A DNA stretch of 64,000 nt from a virus. Taxonomy: Duplodnaviria > Caudoviricetes. The notes under the pieces were generated by a model. That model saw nothing but the letters and a program-made list of their open reading frames with translations. It was not told where the DNA came from and did not search any database. Numbering within the stretch: the stretch's first letter is position 1; every line of letters starts with the position of its first letter. The DNA is taken from positions 96,001 through 160,000 of the IMG/VR virus record IMGVR_UViG_3300020375_000001; one strand, given 5' to 3'. The position numbers were made by a program, and so were the translations under genes. Below, one piece after another: positions 48,377 to 58,529 of this stretch.

Positions 48377-48997
48377 CTACGCCTGCTCTTTCTCTTCCAA
48401 TTCCTTTAACGCCTCTTCGGCGGCAAAGACATCGAAAGCAGCAATAGCAGCAAGACGGTTACGCATGTGCTCGGCCTCAAAGAAGTCAGTGTCAATCATC
48501 CACTGGCCAATATTGGTGATGTACTCTATCTCATCGTAGGTGTCGGGTAACACCGCTGGGATAGCCATCCATACTTGACCTAAACGCGACATAACGGGTT
48601 CGTTACGGAATTCTTTTGCCATGGTGTAGTTTGCTACAGTGGCCATACCATCTGCATCTGCACCATGAATCACCATAGAGTCAGCCTCAATTACAAAGCT
48701 GTCCTCACCTTGCTCATGAATGAATCCGTAGATAACAGTCCAATCACGGGGAACCTGATTAAGACATTCAGAGATTGCTTCTGCAAGTAACACTCTGTTT
48801 TTCTGGTTCGGTTCTGCGCGAAGTAAATCTTGCATACCCATATTGGCAGTGCTGTCAATTGCAGTGCCGCCAACAAACCGTAACTTAGAGCCACGGCGAT
48901 TTAGTATACTTTGTGCTTTTCTAGCAAAGCGCTTTGCTAAAGCCTCGTTATTTCTTGCCATTTTCAGTACCTCGTTTATTTTACTTGTAATGGTCAA
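48377..48997 (-). CDS. hypothetical protein
   Basis: 206 aa ORF. Confidence 0.65.
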   Translation of the reverse strand: MTITSKINEVLKMARNNEALAKRFARKAQSILNRRGSKLRFVGGTAIDSTANMGMQDLLRAEPNQKNRVLLAEAISECLNQVPRDWTVIYGFIHEQGEDSFVIEADSMVIHGADADGMATVANYTMAKEFRNEPVMSRLGQVWMAIPAVLPDTYDEIEYITNIGQWMIDTDFFEAEHMRNRLAAIAAFDVFAAEEALKELEEKEQA

Positions 48998-49038
48998 TTG
49001 AACAGGGAATGCTGTATTTTTTTATTGTTAGTTTTCTT

Positions 49039-49323
49039 CTAACTTTTCTTACCAAACCCACCTACGATATTCATGAAGCCAGTTTTAATACCTCTGAACT
49101 TACCTATAGGAGCCCGTGACGTTCTGGTTTCATATTCTGCAATAACATCATCAAATGAAATTGCAGGGTCTAAATCATGGATGTTCTTACCGGTAAGTTC
49201 TGGTATAGTAACCTCTCTGCCATCTTTATATACCGCAATAACGTTTTGGGACATTACTACGATATCGTACAGACTTACAGTTGTTACTTGGCCGTATCTG
49301 AGTAAATCTACTTTATCAGACAT
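49039..49323 (-). CDS. hypothetical protein
   Basis: 94 aa ORF. Confidence 0.6.
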   Translation of the reverse strand: MSDKVDLLRYGQVTTVSLYDIVVMSQNVIAVYKDGREVTIPELTGKNIHDLDPAISFDDVIAEYETRTSRAPIGKFRGIKTGFMNIVGGFGKKS

Positions 49324-49337
49324 ACGTTGGTTTCCTT

Positions 49338-49688
49338 TTATTGGGGCTTACGTCGCGTCGTTCTTTTAATGGGCGGGGCGTAAGGTTTACTTATTTCGAT
49401 ACCCAGCTTTTCAAGGTTATCAAGCTGGTCGTCTGGTACGGCCTGCATGATTTCGCCGTATACATCATTCAATGTATCATCTCTGTATTTTTCACACGCC
49501 GCTATAATAGCACTTAGGATTTCTGCCGTTAGCGTACTAACCGTTTGCGTCACATCGAGGACGAGCATTGTCTGACCTTTCACTTCGATTGAAAACGAGT
49601 CACCGGAACCAGCTATTAACACGATGTCTTTACTTAGGGTTATGGATTCACCTTTCTTCAAGGCTTTGATTTCTTGCAATAATGACAT
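49338..49688 (-). CDS. hypothetical protein
   Basis: 116 aa ORF, AGGAG SD, downstream of the promoter motif at 49726. Confidence 0.65.
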   Translation of the reverse strand: MSLLQEIKALKKGESITLSKDIVLIAGSGDSFSIEVKGQTMLVLDVTQTVSTLTAEILSAIIAACEKYRDDTLNDVYGEIMQAVPDDQLDNLEKLGIEISKPYAPPIKRTTRRKPQ

Positions 49689-49725
49689 ACTTTTCTCCTT
49701 TTATTTGTTTAAGTTTATCATCAAC

Positions 49726-49743
49726 TCACTAGGATGATATATG
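49726..49743 (-). promoter_or_regulatory. candidate early promoter motif
   Basis: CATATATCATCCTAGTGA. Confidence 0.55.
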
Positions 49744-49800
49744 TCTATAAAAAAATTAATGCGGCATAGGTAGCGGGTTTCCCCGCTAACCTAATAACAC

Positions 49801-50574
49801 TTACCAGTTTGCTAAAGCACTCAAGTTAGCAACCTTACGCTTGAATCCCTGTTGGTCAATGACAGTCAGGATGTCCAGTCCCGATTCCATAGAGACCCCA
49901 GAAGTTTCTTGCTCACCTTTGGCGTTGTTAAAATCTTCCATACCCAACGATACAGAATCATCTAAGCTTTCCAGAGATGGGTTATGGTACTTGGTGGCGA
50001 TAGAGATACCCGGCTCGTTAACGTAATCCCACGTAACCAATGTGGTCATGTGTTTGTACTTCTGTCCGGCAATACGTGTGTCACGTGTCAATGAGCGTAC
50101 AGAGAACGATACGTTTTCATTTGGGTTATCCAACGCTTCTTTCAATGCAGGTCCCATTGGACCAGAAGGTTTGATTTTACCCATAACCGCAGTAACCGCA
50201 CGGCCGTTTGGACCCTTAACCGTTTCCTTATCTATCCACACTTCTTTGATGTGGAAAGCGACTTTGGTCTCTTCGATAGTACAGATACGGGTAATGAACT
50301 GCGTTTTAGTCATCCCTGGCTCGAGTTTAGGATGACCACATTCACCACGTTGTTGGCCGGTGGTAATACGACGCAACAAAGCACCTGAAGCATCAAACAG
50401 CTTTTTAGCAGATTGCCATGGGTAGATATCACCCGTTGAGTTAGGGAAATCAAATGCACCTAGGATAACGGTATAATAACCATCTGCATCCGGCGCTAAT
50501 ACCCCTGCTTTGTTTGTACCGGCCAGCGCAGTACAGTTGTAAAAGACTTTATCCGACATTAGATTCAACTCCAT
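49801..50574 (-). CDS. prohead (head maturation) serine protease, phiKZ gp175-like
   Basis: GECGHP (His), FSVRS (Ser), TWDYVNEPG; synteny with the vRNAP block. Confidence 0.82.
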   Translation of the reverse strand: MELNLMSDKVFYNCTALAGTNKAGVLAPDADGYYTVILGAFDFPNSTGDIYPWQSAKKLFDASGALLRRITTGQQRGECGHPKLEPGMTKTQFITRICTIEETKVAFHIKEVWIDKETVKGPNGRAVTAVMGKIKPSGPMGPALKEALDNPNENVSFSVRSLTRDTRIAGQKYKHMTTLVTWDYVNEPGISIATKYHNPSLESLDDSVSLGMEDFNNAKGEQETSGVSMESGLDILTVIDQQGFKRKVANLSALANW

Positions 50575-50608
50575 CTAAAAGTAGTTATAAGCAGCAGCTC
50601 TCACAGTA

Positions 50609-51391
50609 TTAACGTCGTAAGAGCTCTTCTACGCCTTCCAGACGGTCTGACTTAGTTACCAAGGCCGATGACAAGCCATCATTGAAATAGTTCCCCATAA
50701 GCTTTGCTGTAGTGTTTGTAGCACCCAGTTCGATGTTCTTCAGTGAGATATAACTCACACCACCGTTGCCAAGGATTTCAGGATGTTCAAAGTCTGCCTG
50801 TGAACGCAGTGCATGGCGTAAATACTTTGTACGGTCTTTTACCTGACGAGAAAGACTGGCCGCAATTGCCTCAAGGATTGCCGGGTCAACGTTCAAGTCT
50901 GTACCAGCGTGTTTAATGGCAGTGTCAAATAACTCAGACAAATCGTTGTAATTGATAAACCACGGTACGTCCCCTTTCGAATAGAAATGGTCAGAAATGT
51001 AATATACCAAAATTGCCGATTGTACCAAGTTTAAGGATTTGATGATAACAGCGCCTGCCTCAAAGAACAGTTCAATGTATTCCTCACCCTCAATAATCAC
51101 ACTGCGAGTACTGGTTGGTAGTAGGTCTACGTTAGCACATACCTTCATTACCGAGTAGTGATTACCCACCACGATAGGGAAGATGCCGATTACACGGGTA
51201 GTGTTACCAAACGATGCCAAAGAACGAGCACGGTATTTTAGTGGGACATAAATCCGGGTTTCTTTTTTAGCAACCAGACTACCGTCTTTTGCTTTAGTCA
51301 AATGTGGTAATACCGCATCTGGCTTTCTAATGAGTTTTGAGATATCCATAGATACATCCCCATAAAGTGGGGGACCGAAGTCCCCCGACAT
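50609..51391 (-). CDS. phiKZ gp176-like protein, probable vRNAP beta' C-terminal subunit
   Basis: C-terminus YISLKNIELGATNTTAKLMGNYFNDGLSSALVTKSDRLEGVEELL resembles RpoC/Rpb1 region H. Confidence 0.55.
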   Translation of the reverse strand: MSGDFGPPLYGDVSMDISKLIRKPDAVLPHLTKAKDGSLVAKKETRIYVPLKYRARSLASFGNTTRVIGIFPIVVGNHYSVMKVCANVDLLPTSTRSVIIEGEEYIELFFEAGAVIIKSLNLVQSAILVYYISDHFYSKGDVPWFINYNDLSELFDTAIKHAGTDLNVDPAILEAIAASLSRQVKDRTKYLRHALRSQADFEHPEILGNGGVSYISLKNIELGATNTTAKLMGNYFNDGLSSALVTKSDRLEGVEELLRR

Positions 51392-51397
51392 TTAACA

Positions 51398-52771
51398 CTA
51401 TGCTTGTTCAGTGATTAGCTGGTCTGCCAGCCATTCGCCTACCAAGTCAATGGTAACCATTGTTGCTGCTTCACGGTTAGTCAGCGTTTCATCAGCTGCC
51501 ATGTATTCCATGATACCGGACAATACCGGATATGCATTGTAACGTGGGAAGATGATTCCACACACTGCACGCAGTACATAGTTGTCCAGGTCAAACTTCT
51601 TACGGAAAGGATTGGCTGTTAACCATTCACGTGCACCACGAGTGGTGGGACGGTCCAAATCTTCAGGGAAGTTGTCTTCAGCAATCAATGTAGAAACCAC
51701 ATCGATAACCGCCGCATGAACGTTGGCTTCGTATTCCGCTTTGATACGGTTTTGGATAGCGCGTTCATTTACCTGTACAGCTTTAGCACCACCGTAGGCA
51801 TCTTCCAGTAAGTCAGCGTATACCGGACGAGAGATACCGCGCAGACACGCACCGATGATTGCTTCCGGTGTACCACCTTCTTTCAAGTAACGGCGATAGA
51901 CGCTGGCATTAACACGAATCTCAGCACCAGCAAAGTCAGCAGGCGGCATGTAATCGATAATGTCATTCTGACGTTCGATACGTTCCTGACGACGCAATGC
52001 TTGGAATACACGACGGCCAAACTCAGCAATGAAGAATGCAGTACGCTCACGGTAGAACGCCAACTCTTCATTTACACCTTCAGGTACATTCATGTTAAGG
52101 TTGCGAGCCAAAACAAATGCAACTACGATTTCGCTGTAGCGAGAACCTTCAACGGCGTCTTGGCTAAGTTTGCCCAAGAAGTATTCATCGTAGACACGGC
52201 TAACAATACCTGGAGATGCTTCAATCATCGACTTCAGTTTTTCGTCAATGCGTGACATGCCAGTTTTACAACGCTCAATCAAATCTTCAGCAGACAACTC
52301 CGGCATGATGTTGCCCAGAGGAGTCAGTTCCAACTGTGGTTGAGTTTTGAAGCGGTCAACCATATCGCTCAGGCCACTTTCCAGATATACTTCAGGCAGC
52401 TGTACTTCAACGATAGAGTTACGCAGCGTAGATACCGGAACCTGGTCCAAATGGGCAGTTACCTTTTCAAATGCATCCGTTACAACAGGGCGTACAATTT
52501 CACGCGCAAACTTAAGTTGACGCTGTACGGCACCGGCAGCAATATCTACCATTTCATCAATGGCGACAGCGTAGGCTTTCTCACCAGCAACGTCTTTACG
52601 TTCTGATGCACCAATGACCGATTCTTCGACTGACTCACCCAACGTGAATTCACCAAGTGCATCACCCAGTACTGCAAGTGGGGTGGTGGCTTGTGGAAGG
52701 ATGATGAGGCCGTTTTGTTCAGCTACCTGAGCCAATGAATAAATAGAGGTTACAGATTGACGAGTAATCAT
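51398..52771 (-). CDS. virion/head protein (phiKZ gp177-like)
   Basis: Synteny; helical 457 aa. Confidence 0.55.
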   Translation of the reverse strand: MITRQSVTSIYSLAQVAEQNGLIILPQATTPLAVLGDALGEFTLGESVEESVIGASERKDVAGEKAYAVAIDEMVDIAAGAVQRQLKFAREIVRPVVTDAFEKVTAHLDQVPVSTLRNSIVEVQLPEVYLESGLSDMVDRFKTQPQLELTPLGNIMPELSAEDLIERCKTGMSRIDEKLKSMIEASPGIVSRVYDEYFLGKLSQDAVEGSRYSEIVVAFVLARNLNMNVPEGVNEELAFYRERTAFFIAEFGRRVFQALRRQERIERQNDIIDYMPPADFAGAEIRVNASVYRRYLKEGGTPEAIIGACLRGISRPVYADLLEDAYGGAKAVQVNERAIQNRIKAEYEANVHAAVIDVVSTLIAEDNFPEDLDRPTTRGAREWLTANPFRKKFDLDNYVLRAVCGIIFPRYNAYPVLSGIMEYMAADETLTNREAATMVTIDLVGEWLADQLITEQA

Positions 52772-52962
52772 TACTTAGCGCCCCCATTCAACATTAACTT
52801 TTTAGAGATACGTGCAGACAAGGTATCCTTTACGGTTTCCTTAATTTGCACACCACCGACTTGGTCAGACGCTTCGTTACCTGCAACTTTCTGCACAACG
52901 CGAGCGCCAAGCTCTACGGCATTTGCCAGACTGGCATACGTGATATGTCTTCTATCTTTCAT
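52771..52962 (-). CDS. small hypothetical protein
   Basis: 63 aa, stop overlaps the next start. Confidence 0.5.
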   Translation of the reverse strand: MKDRRHITYASLANAVELGARVVQKVAGNEASDQVGGVQIKETVKDTLSARISKKLMLNGGAK

Positions 52963-53000
52963 TATCAGTCAGGGGAGCGTTTAACTCCCCTCTCCTTTAT

Positions 53001-55562
53001 TTACAAATTTGCAAAGTATTCGTCCGCTACCTTTTTGGAGAGAACTTCTAAAACCCGATTGGTAGTGCCCATGATATCGGGACTTAGTACGATACGGTTA
53101 GCAATCGACTGACGCCCAAAGATTACATCAATCGGTTCCCCGCTCTCGGTTTCGTTAGTACCAGTCATTACCCGCCCGATAATGGTCTTCAGCTGATTAC
53201 CCAATACCGCCTTATCACCGACCCCTGCAGGGAGTGACTTAGTGATATAAATCTTAATAACCGCTTGGTCCATTACAAGTCGACGTCCCTCAACGTTGAT
53301 AGGTTCGTTTACTTGTCCGGTGGTGGCATCTTCCAGAGAAAGACTTTTGACTCGTTCAGCCCGTTCTTTATCAGCTCGGTTGACGATAGTCTTAAGTGAA
53401 CTAGACATGTCGGCTTTGTCACCGTTATAGAGAACTTCGATTTTCTCTACCACACCTTTGTTCTTTGCCTTAGGGTTTAACTGACCCAACGCCTTTAGAG
53501 ATTCCGCACTTTCACTATCAATAAGCGAGTTATTGGCCGTTAGTTGGTCCTCTAGCGTACATAGGATAGTTTCTAAATCTACTTCATCTCCGACTTTTAC
53601 AAGATTTAAAATACCCTGTTCGAAGTCAATTACGATGTTTCGCACCGCTGTGATTTCAGTAGAAAGACCCGCACCCAGTTTTTCCGATACCGCACAGGAG
53701 TCCTCAAGTGTATCTACTGACTCCATCAATGCCACGTTAACAAGCGCACCTGCTTTCCAGTTGACCTGAGTATTATCATCATAGTCACGTTCAAAGAAAC
53801 CAGTGTTCCAAGACAGGATATGTCCCGCCTTAAACTTCTGGCCTTTAATCAAGTCAGACTCAATGCGCTGGGGTACGTGAGTACCGTTAACTGTACCGTA
53901 AACCGTTCCCAGTTCAATCTTCACAGAGCTGCCGTCTTTGTACTCAACTGTCAGGTGCGTTTCCCCAACATCCGTTACCTTCCCTTCTTGCTCCGCTGCA
54001 ACAGCGAACATTGGGTCGACACGGTGAGCCAATACTTGTTCGTATCCAGTGGATAATGGCATGACCTTGTAGTTCTCAGCGGCAACGCCATGAGAATGCT
54101 GAATACTAATGAAGTTTGTCCGCTTAGGGTCATCACTGGTTGCACCCGGTGACAGAATAGCAGACGTTGACAACAGTTTGGTAGCTGACTTCTCTTTACT
54201 ATCCACTCGCTTAGTTGTACCACGAATTGAATCAAAGTTCGGGTCCGCAGTTAAGTAAGTGTTAATAGCTACTGAGCCAGAGTCCACCGTTGCTTCTGAA
54301 ATAACACCCATGTCGTTCTTGTGGTATACACGCGAACTCGCTACCATGGAACGAGAGGAACGACCGCCATCACCAGAGTAAGTCACCAGTTCTTTCTCTT
54401 TCAGGTTATGGACAGGGTTCAACTCTTCTACCGTTTTAGTAGTAGCATCTTTTAGGATGTTCATCCACACAGCTTTTGGATTCATCTCAATGCGAGACTG
54501 AGAGCTCATGGGCTGTGCTTGTTGTTTACGAATAGAAGCAATCAGCTCTTTGTAGATAAAGCCAGGCATACGCTCGTAGCCTTTGATGCGCATATATTCC
54601 GTATCAGTCTCATCAGGAGTTCGGTCGTCTTTTAGCAGTTCAACTGCTTTGACTACCAGCCCTTCAAAAGACCGTGGCTCTTTACGACGCTCTAAGATAC
54701 CATCGGTAATGGGGTCGATAAATAAAGGTTGCAGTAAATCCATCTCACGAATGAAACGAAGTCCCACACCACGAGATTCCAACACTGGTTGGTATACCGT
54801 CTTCTTATCAAACTCTTCGCGGTTGAATTGTTTGATTGCCGAACGATACTCGTAGAACCCATTTAGCAACATGGTGATTTCTGGGTCATCCGTTGGGTAA
54901 ATAAGCGTTTCATCTTTAAAGACGATACTGGCTTCCCCATCCTCTAACTCTACCCGCTGCCCCTTACGTACCGAACGAGTCTTTACTTTAATAATGCGTA
55001 GCAACTTGGTTAAACCAAGCATGTAGCCCAGTACTACGCCCGCCGGTATAGCCGTCGAGAATATCTTAACTTCGGCCATGTCGTTGGGTTCTTTACCCAA
55101 ATCAGTGCCGAGCAGACTAGCCAGACTACCAATAGTGTCAACATTGCCATCAACGTCGCTGTAATGATACAGGCCAGCGTTATCCAAGGTAATGAACTTG
55201 TTACCTTTCCCTTTACCGCAGACCACGTGTCCACGACGTTCAAGTTTCTTAAGTACGTCCGCACCATAAAGAACTTCTCGTTTATCGTACTCATACGACA
55301 TGTCACCAGCAGCACACTTAAAACTAAGAATGCCTTTAGCCATTCCACTATAGGTTGGTGGAACTTTCGCTGACTTACTGACCGCATTACCCTGACGAAC
55401 GGAAGTGATAATTGTGTTTTCATCATCCACTCCAAGCGTAATAATCTTTTTACGCTGCCATGCCGAACGGTCATAGACCGCCTTCGAGCTTCGAGTTACG
55501 AACAGCTTACCGTAATAACTGGTTAGCGCTACGGTATCTGCCTTGGTTTTACGGATGGGAAG
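53001..55562 (-). CDS. virion RNA polymerase beta subunit (phiKZ gp178-like), exon 2
   Basis: LPIRK...VALTSYYGK start; YSGDGGRS, DSGSVAIN, KRTNFISIQ, GDKAVLGNQLKTIIG RpoB-like motifs. Confidence 0.88.
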   Translation of the reverse strand, partial: LPIRKTKADTVALTSYYGKLFVTRSSKAVYDRSAWQRKKIITLGVDDENTIITSVRQGNAVSKSAKVPPTYSGMAKGILSFKCAAGDMSYEYDKREVLYGADVLKKLERRGHVVCGKGKGNKFITLDNAGLYHYSDVDGNVDTIGSLASLLGTDLGKEPNDMAEVKIFSTAIPAGVVLGYMLGLTKLLRIIKVKTRSVRKGQRVELEDGEASIVFKDETLIYPTDDPEITMLLNGFYEYRSAIKQFNREEFDKKTVYQPVLESRGVGLRFIREMDLLQPLFIDPITDGILERRKEPRSFEGLVVKAVELLKDDRTPDETDTEYMRIKGYERMPGFIYKELIASIRKQQAQPMSSQSRIEMNPKAVWMNILKDATTKTVEELNPVHNLKEKELVTYSGDGGRSSRSMVASSRVYHKNDMGVISEATVDSGSVAINTYLTADPNFDSIRGTTKRVDSKEKSATKLLSTSAILSPGATSDDPKRTNFISIQHSHGVAAENYKVMPLSTGYEQVLAHRVDPMFAVAAEQEGKVTDVGETHLTVEYKDGSSVKIELGTVYGTVNGTHVPQRIESDLIKGQKFKAGHILSWNTGFFERDYDDNTQVNWKAGALVNVALMESVDTLEDSCAVSEKLGAGLSTEITAVRNIVIDFEQGILNLVKVGDEVDLETILCTLEDQLTANNSLIDSESAESLKALGQLNPKAKNKGVVEKIEVLYNGDKADMSSSLKTIVNRADKERAERVKSLSLEDATTGQVNEPINVEGRRLVMDQAVIKIYITKSLPAGVGDKAVLGNQLKTIIGRVMTGTNETESGEPIDVIFGRQSIANRIVLSPDIMGTTNRVLEVLSKKVADEYFANL

Positions 55563-57103
55563 CACCCCCATCCAAAGTGGACCATATCTTCATCCTCAAT
55601 TGAGGAGCCTACCGTTTGGGGTTTCCCCTACTCTACTCACTTCAATCACTTGTGTGACCAACCGATTATTACACCACGGTCGTCATTAGTCCGTACTATG
55701 TACGAATGTAGTTTTCGATGGCCTCTGAACACATCCCGTATCTAACGACTTAGGGACTTCGCTGCGTCGGTTATGTCTCCATTAAACGTTTTTACCCTGC
55801 CACCCTCTTCCATTACTGGGGATGGTATTGTGGCGTGTTTCCACCCACAAGTGGTAGTTTAATAGATTATAGACATTTTCCCGCAATTAGGTAGGTTTGT
55901 CTTAGTCGTATTACTACGACTGGGAGACCCTATGTTAATTGGTTTTAAATTATCGAGATATTAAGTTTAGCTAACTCGAGTGAAAGCATCTTCCTAAGTC
56001 TTCTTCTATCCAAATCAAGATAGTTCAATACTACTAGCGGAATCTGTTTACTATTAGCTAACTTTACTTTATCCCAATCCCGCATCTTGGTTTCCTCTAA
56101 AGCTTCGTAACCACCGAACCGTTCTACTGGCTCATAGTGTTGGATACCGTGAAACTCAATGAGTACTTCAAATTTGGGTAGAAAGAAATCGTATCTAAAT
56201 AACGACCCGTCGAATTTATATTCTCTTTTAAACTCAATCCCGTTTACTTCCAAGATATGTGCTATCTGACGCTCACCTAAAGATTCCCTACATCTAGGGC
56301 AACCCTGTTTCTGGGAAACGTGTCGGTTAGGATTAGTTTTAAAAGGACCATGTCCTTTACAGACCACCGTTATAGGTGTCTTGTTATTGACATACTCGAC
56401 TCTGTCGTAATTGTAGATATGACCATGTACCTGTTGTGCCTCAGCTATAAAATCTTCTAAAGTCTTTTTAGTCGACTCACGATAGCAGGCTGGACACCCA
56501 GAACCATTTAGGTGTACCCTAGCCTTTTGATGGAATGTCCCATGTTTGAAACACCCAATCTTTACGGTTTCGGTATAACCCCTGAAATCAAGGTTTTGGT
56601 AACAGTACTTGTTGCCATGTACTAACTTAGCTTTTTCTAGGAACTTCCCTTTATCCATTATGGCTTCCGAAGTCGCACACGTTGGACAATTGGTCCCCAA
56701 CTTGTAATGATTATAGGGCTTTACTTTAAAATCCCCATGCTCCCTACAGGTAACGATAATAGGTGTATCGGTGTTACTAAACACCACCTTATCGTAGAGG
56801 TAGCGGTCACCGTGTTGTTCTTTAGCCAATTTAATAAAATCATCTTTAGTAAATTTACCGGAACAAGCCAAACAACCTTTAGAGCCTCTAACTAAGTAAC
56901 ACGGCTTGGTTATATATTCACCGTGTTCCATACAACGAACTTTAATAGGTTTCTTAGAACCTAAGTATTTTGACTCCGAAAAATCTAATGAGTCATTATA
57001 CATTTCTTTCATCTTGTCGTAGAATTCTTTCTCTCTACGTTTAAAACCTTTTAACATAATTCATATCTCATGGATATTATTCACATAAGATATGTTGCTT
57101 TTT
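55563..57103 (-). mobile_element. group I intron (IA-like, with P7.1/P7.2 region) carrying a homing endonuclease in the P1 loop
   Basis: 5' exon GGGAGAU pairs with IGS GUCUCCC (55922-55928) with a U.G wobble; terminal omega-G at 55563; P3 CCUACC/GGUAGG; P AAUUGCGGGAA; R GUUCAGAGGCCA; S AAGAUAUGGUCC; splicing restores QRGD|LPIRK in frame. Confidence 0.9.
55945..57057 (-). CDS. intron-encoded homing endonuclease: four CxxHG...CxxC repeats (DUF723-like) + PD-(D/E)XK/Vsr-like nuclease
   Basis: Four ~62 aa repeats, then SLGERQI...RYDFFLP...LIEFHGIQHY. Confidence 0.85.
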   Translation of the reverse strand: MLKGFKRREKEFYDKMKEMYNDSLDFSESKYLGSKKPIKVRCMEHGEYITKPCYLVRGSKGCLACSGKFTKDDFIKLAKEQHGDRYLYDKVVFSNTDTPIIVTCREHGDFKVKPYNHYKLGTNCPTCATSEAIMDKGKFLEKAKLVHGNKYCYQNLDFRGYTETVKIGCFKHGTFHQKARVHLNGSGCPACYRESTKKTLEDFIAEAQQVHGHIYNYDRVEYVNNKTPITVVCKGHGPFKTNPNRHVSQKQGCPRCRESLGERQIAHILEVNGIEFKREYKFDGSLFRYDFFLPKFEVLIEFHGIQHYEPVERFGGYEALEETKMRDWDKVKLANSKQIPLVVLNYLDLDRRRLRKMLSLELAKLNISII

Positions 57104-58516
57104 ATCTCCCCGCTGTTTGGCCATATGGTACACAACGCCATTGGCTTTGAACTTGCCATCCTTTCCTACTTTAGGAAGTCTGACGTGAACAGTCGAGGGC
57201 TTACCACCTAACGGAGTTAACTGAATAGAATAGTGGTCGTATTTGTTCGCCGCATCCATTACAGTTTCACGTTTAAAACTGGTTACTGCCACACCGGTGT
57301 TCTGAACATTCAGAACCATTGCCGCTACGTCCTTCTCGAGGATTTTACTGATGTAGTGGGCATCCGCTGTTTTAAGCGATGACTTAAGCATGTTTTTATC
57401 AAGCACGCCATCTAAGTCAGGGGCAGACCATTCAGGAATCTCAAGGTCTTTCTCTTTTACAGTAGCCTGCTCTTCAAGAGACCCAGAGCCATCGGTGGCT
57501 TCGATGGTTTTATACGTGTTGGCCAGACGTACGGCACGTTTGTATTCCGGTAATGACATCTGACCGGCATCGCGCAATTCTCTAGCCTTACCTTCAACCG
57601 CAATAGTGCGGTCATTAGTATACACATTGGTAGACAGGTCAAGGTCTTCTTCGGTGAAGTCTTCTTCGGTTGCATTGGTAATCGTCTCCAATTCCTGCAC
57701 GCGAGTCAGGTAACGAACAAAGGCTTTGTCAAACTCACCATTAATTTGCTCTTCGTCATCGCTTAACTTTTCGACCTTCCATGCCTGTAACTCACCCAAG
57801 TTCAGAATACTGAATTTACCCCCACGCATAAATACCAAGTTAACATACTTGATATTCTCACCAAGAATAGTATCCAGTTCATGAGTACCTTGAGTACAGT
57901 ACTGCCACAGGTAATAGAAGTACAGGGATTCCACTTTCTTAAACGGTTCAAGCGATTCAAGCGTGGGTTTCTTATTTAACATACGCAGTTCTTCCAGCTC
58001 AGGAAATACTTCAGGTATCTCCATGTGGATAAACTGGTTACGTAGAGTTTCTGCCGTTAGTTTTGCCACGGTATCCCAAACAGTACGATTTAGGTTACTC
58101 CACTCGTACCAGCTTTGTAGTGCATTACGGCTATAGCGGTAAATGTGGGGTAGCATGGCATAGTTTACAACAACCAAATTGTTTTGGTCCCGTACACCCT
58201 GCTCAAACTTCCGTAGCTGGCGAATCTTTCTCATTCGCTTGTGGTATATCTTTAAACGCGAACGCAGCTCAGAGCTACGCTGACGCGGTCTACCAAGGTC
58301 TAAGGTTAATTCTTCAATGTGCCATGCATGGCAAGACTCACGTCCATTAAACAGTGGACTGTCCTGGTCTGGACCATTTTCAGTCTCTTCGGTCGGGATG
58401 TGGTGTAGTAGCGATTCCTTTGGAAGAATCAGAGAAGCCTGTTCAAAGAACATTGGCGACTTCAACTTCTCGTAGGTTCGCACACCATACTTCCGATAAA
58501 ATTCTGGATAAAGCAT
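57104..58516 (-). CDS. virion RNA polymerase beta subunit, exon 1
   Basis: YPEFYRKYGVR start; ends NGVVYHMAKQRGD at the 5' splice site. Confidence 0.85.
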
Positions 58517-58529
58517 TTGCTATTTCCTA

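Noticed and set aside
53001-55571. Independent gene starting at MGVLP as in the ORF track
   Set aside because: The ATG lies in the intron 3' end with no SD; the intron model joins it in frame to exon 1.
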